39,166 nt of DNA from Bdellovibrionota bacterium (lineage in GTDB: Bacteria > Bdellovibrionota_C > UBA2361 > JBIKUX01): contig JBIKUX010000024.1 of NCBI GenBank assembly GCA_044347345.1, positions 1-39,166 on the forward strand, given 5' to 3'. The position numbers were made by a program, and so were the translations under genes. Numbering within the stretch: the first letter of the stretch is position 1; each line of letters opens with the position of its first letter. Below the pieces are notes generated by a model that was not told where the DNA came from, ran no database searches, and saw only the letters and a program-made list of their open reading frames with translations. Positions 38,403-39,166 of this stretch are shown here, piece by piece.

Positions 38403-38885
38403 TTACAAAGATATTTGAATGCTTCTGGTTTTTTCGCTTGTTCCTACTACTGGTGAGCTTGCTTCATTAGAACTTGCTTCTTTTGGAACGCCTTTTACCT
38501 CACGCTCAGCCATCCCATTTTCAATTATGTCTTTGTACCCACAATAAACTTTATCAATTAGACCGATAACTTTTTCGACACGCTCGCCGTCTCTGTAAAG
38601 ATTAGCCTCAGTCAAATAAAAAATTATAAAATCGTACAGTCTATCCAGGTCGGTAGCGATAACACCTCCCCTTTCAAAATCAAGAGTGTTAACTAACTCA
38701 ACTATAATCGCTTGTGCTTTACTCAGATAACGACAAAATTTTGCCAAGTCATTAGAATCTAACCCAGCCTTAGCTTGTCTCAAAAATTTTATCGCTCCCT
38801 CATACATCAACAGAAGGAGACGTCCCCTATCTGTTGTGGTAACTTGAACTTGATGGTAAGCTTTATGGGCTGACTTTCCGTACAT
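38403..38885 (-). CDS. fliS: Flagellin export chaperone FliS
   Basis: AYHQVQVTT...LLLLMYEGAIKFL...KAQAIIVELVNTLDFERGG...LDRLYDF; ATG at 38885 with AAGGAG. Confidence 0.96.
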   Translation of the reverse strand: MYGKSAHKAYHQVQVTTTDRGRLLLLMYEGAIKFLRQAKAGLDSNDLAKFCRYLSKAQAIIVELVNTLDFERGGVIATDLDRLYDFIIFYLTEANLYRDGERVEKVIGLIDKVYCGYKDIIENGMAEREVKGVPKEASSNEASSPVVGTSEKTRSIQISL

Positions 38886-38945
38886 ACGCTCCTTCGCCTC
38901 AATTTCCACGTTGGTTACTGCTACCACCTCCATGTGGTATCTGTG

Positions 38946-38973
38946 TAGTCGTCGAGATTACAGAAAGTCTTTA
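38946..38973 (-). promoter_or_regulatory. Possible sigma28 (FliA) promoter for fliS
   Basis: Minus strand TAAA-N16-GACGACTA versus consensus TAAA-N15-GCCGATAA; imperfect match. Confidence 0.35.
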
Positions 38974-39166
38974 GCCCCCAATACTAACATAATTTTGCAT
39001 TGATAAGCATTTGAAAATTTGAGTAAAAATTCAAATTTTACAATTAGAAACTTCAGCGAAGCAAGAGGCCACTATGTCTCTTTATGAATTTCGGTTAGTA
39101 CAAGAAACTGTAATTAAAATTGAATGAGCAATCTCCCCAACAGGATCAAGAAGAAACAAAAATGCC

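Noticed and set aside
39124..39166. Possible start of a plus-strand gene (MSNLPNRIKKKQKC)
   Set aside because: Only 14 codons at the window edge with no clear SD; cannot be supported.

Overview
AT-rich bacterial chromosomal window. The RpoC sequence, sigma54 sites and flagellar locus suggest a deltaproteobacterial-grade organism, possibly Bdellovibrionota-like (inference). The left third is housekeeping with broken synteny. A complete rpoC has no rpoB upstream (gltA sits there) and is followed by a probable cysS start. Next come a lone divergent groES, a SleB-like hydrolase with a long disordered N-terminus, rsmE, a sigma54-preceded hypothetical gene plus an isolated gspK, rpmB, and an operon of STAS protein, pseudo-receiver kinase and Zn-ribbon protein. 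The middle holds a GT-C membrane glycosyltransferase, a long RNase P RNA with two extra helices, a C4 Zn-ribbon gene, tRNA-Ile2(CAT), surface-polysaccharide genes, a 1267-aa three-domain glycosyltransferase with degenerate GT4 motifs, a DUF6502-lipoprotein pair and a bicupin lacking most metal ligands. The right end is a probable flagellin-glycosylation locus downstream of fliS, interrupted by an RHH-MNT/HEPN toxin-antitoxin cassette with a clear operator, and it contains an unexplained structured intergenic element. Short (12-17 bp) tandem repeats recur at many gene ends and inside several CDSs. No CRISPR array, integrase or transposase was seen. All calls are by eye; no searches were run.
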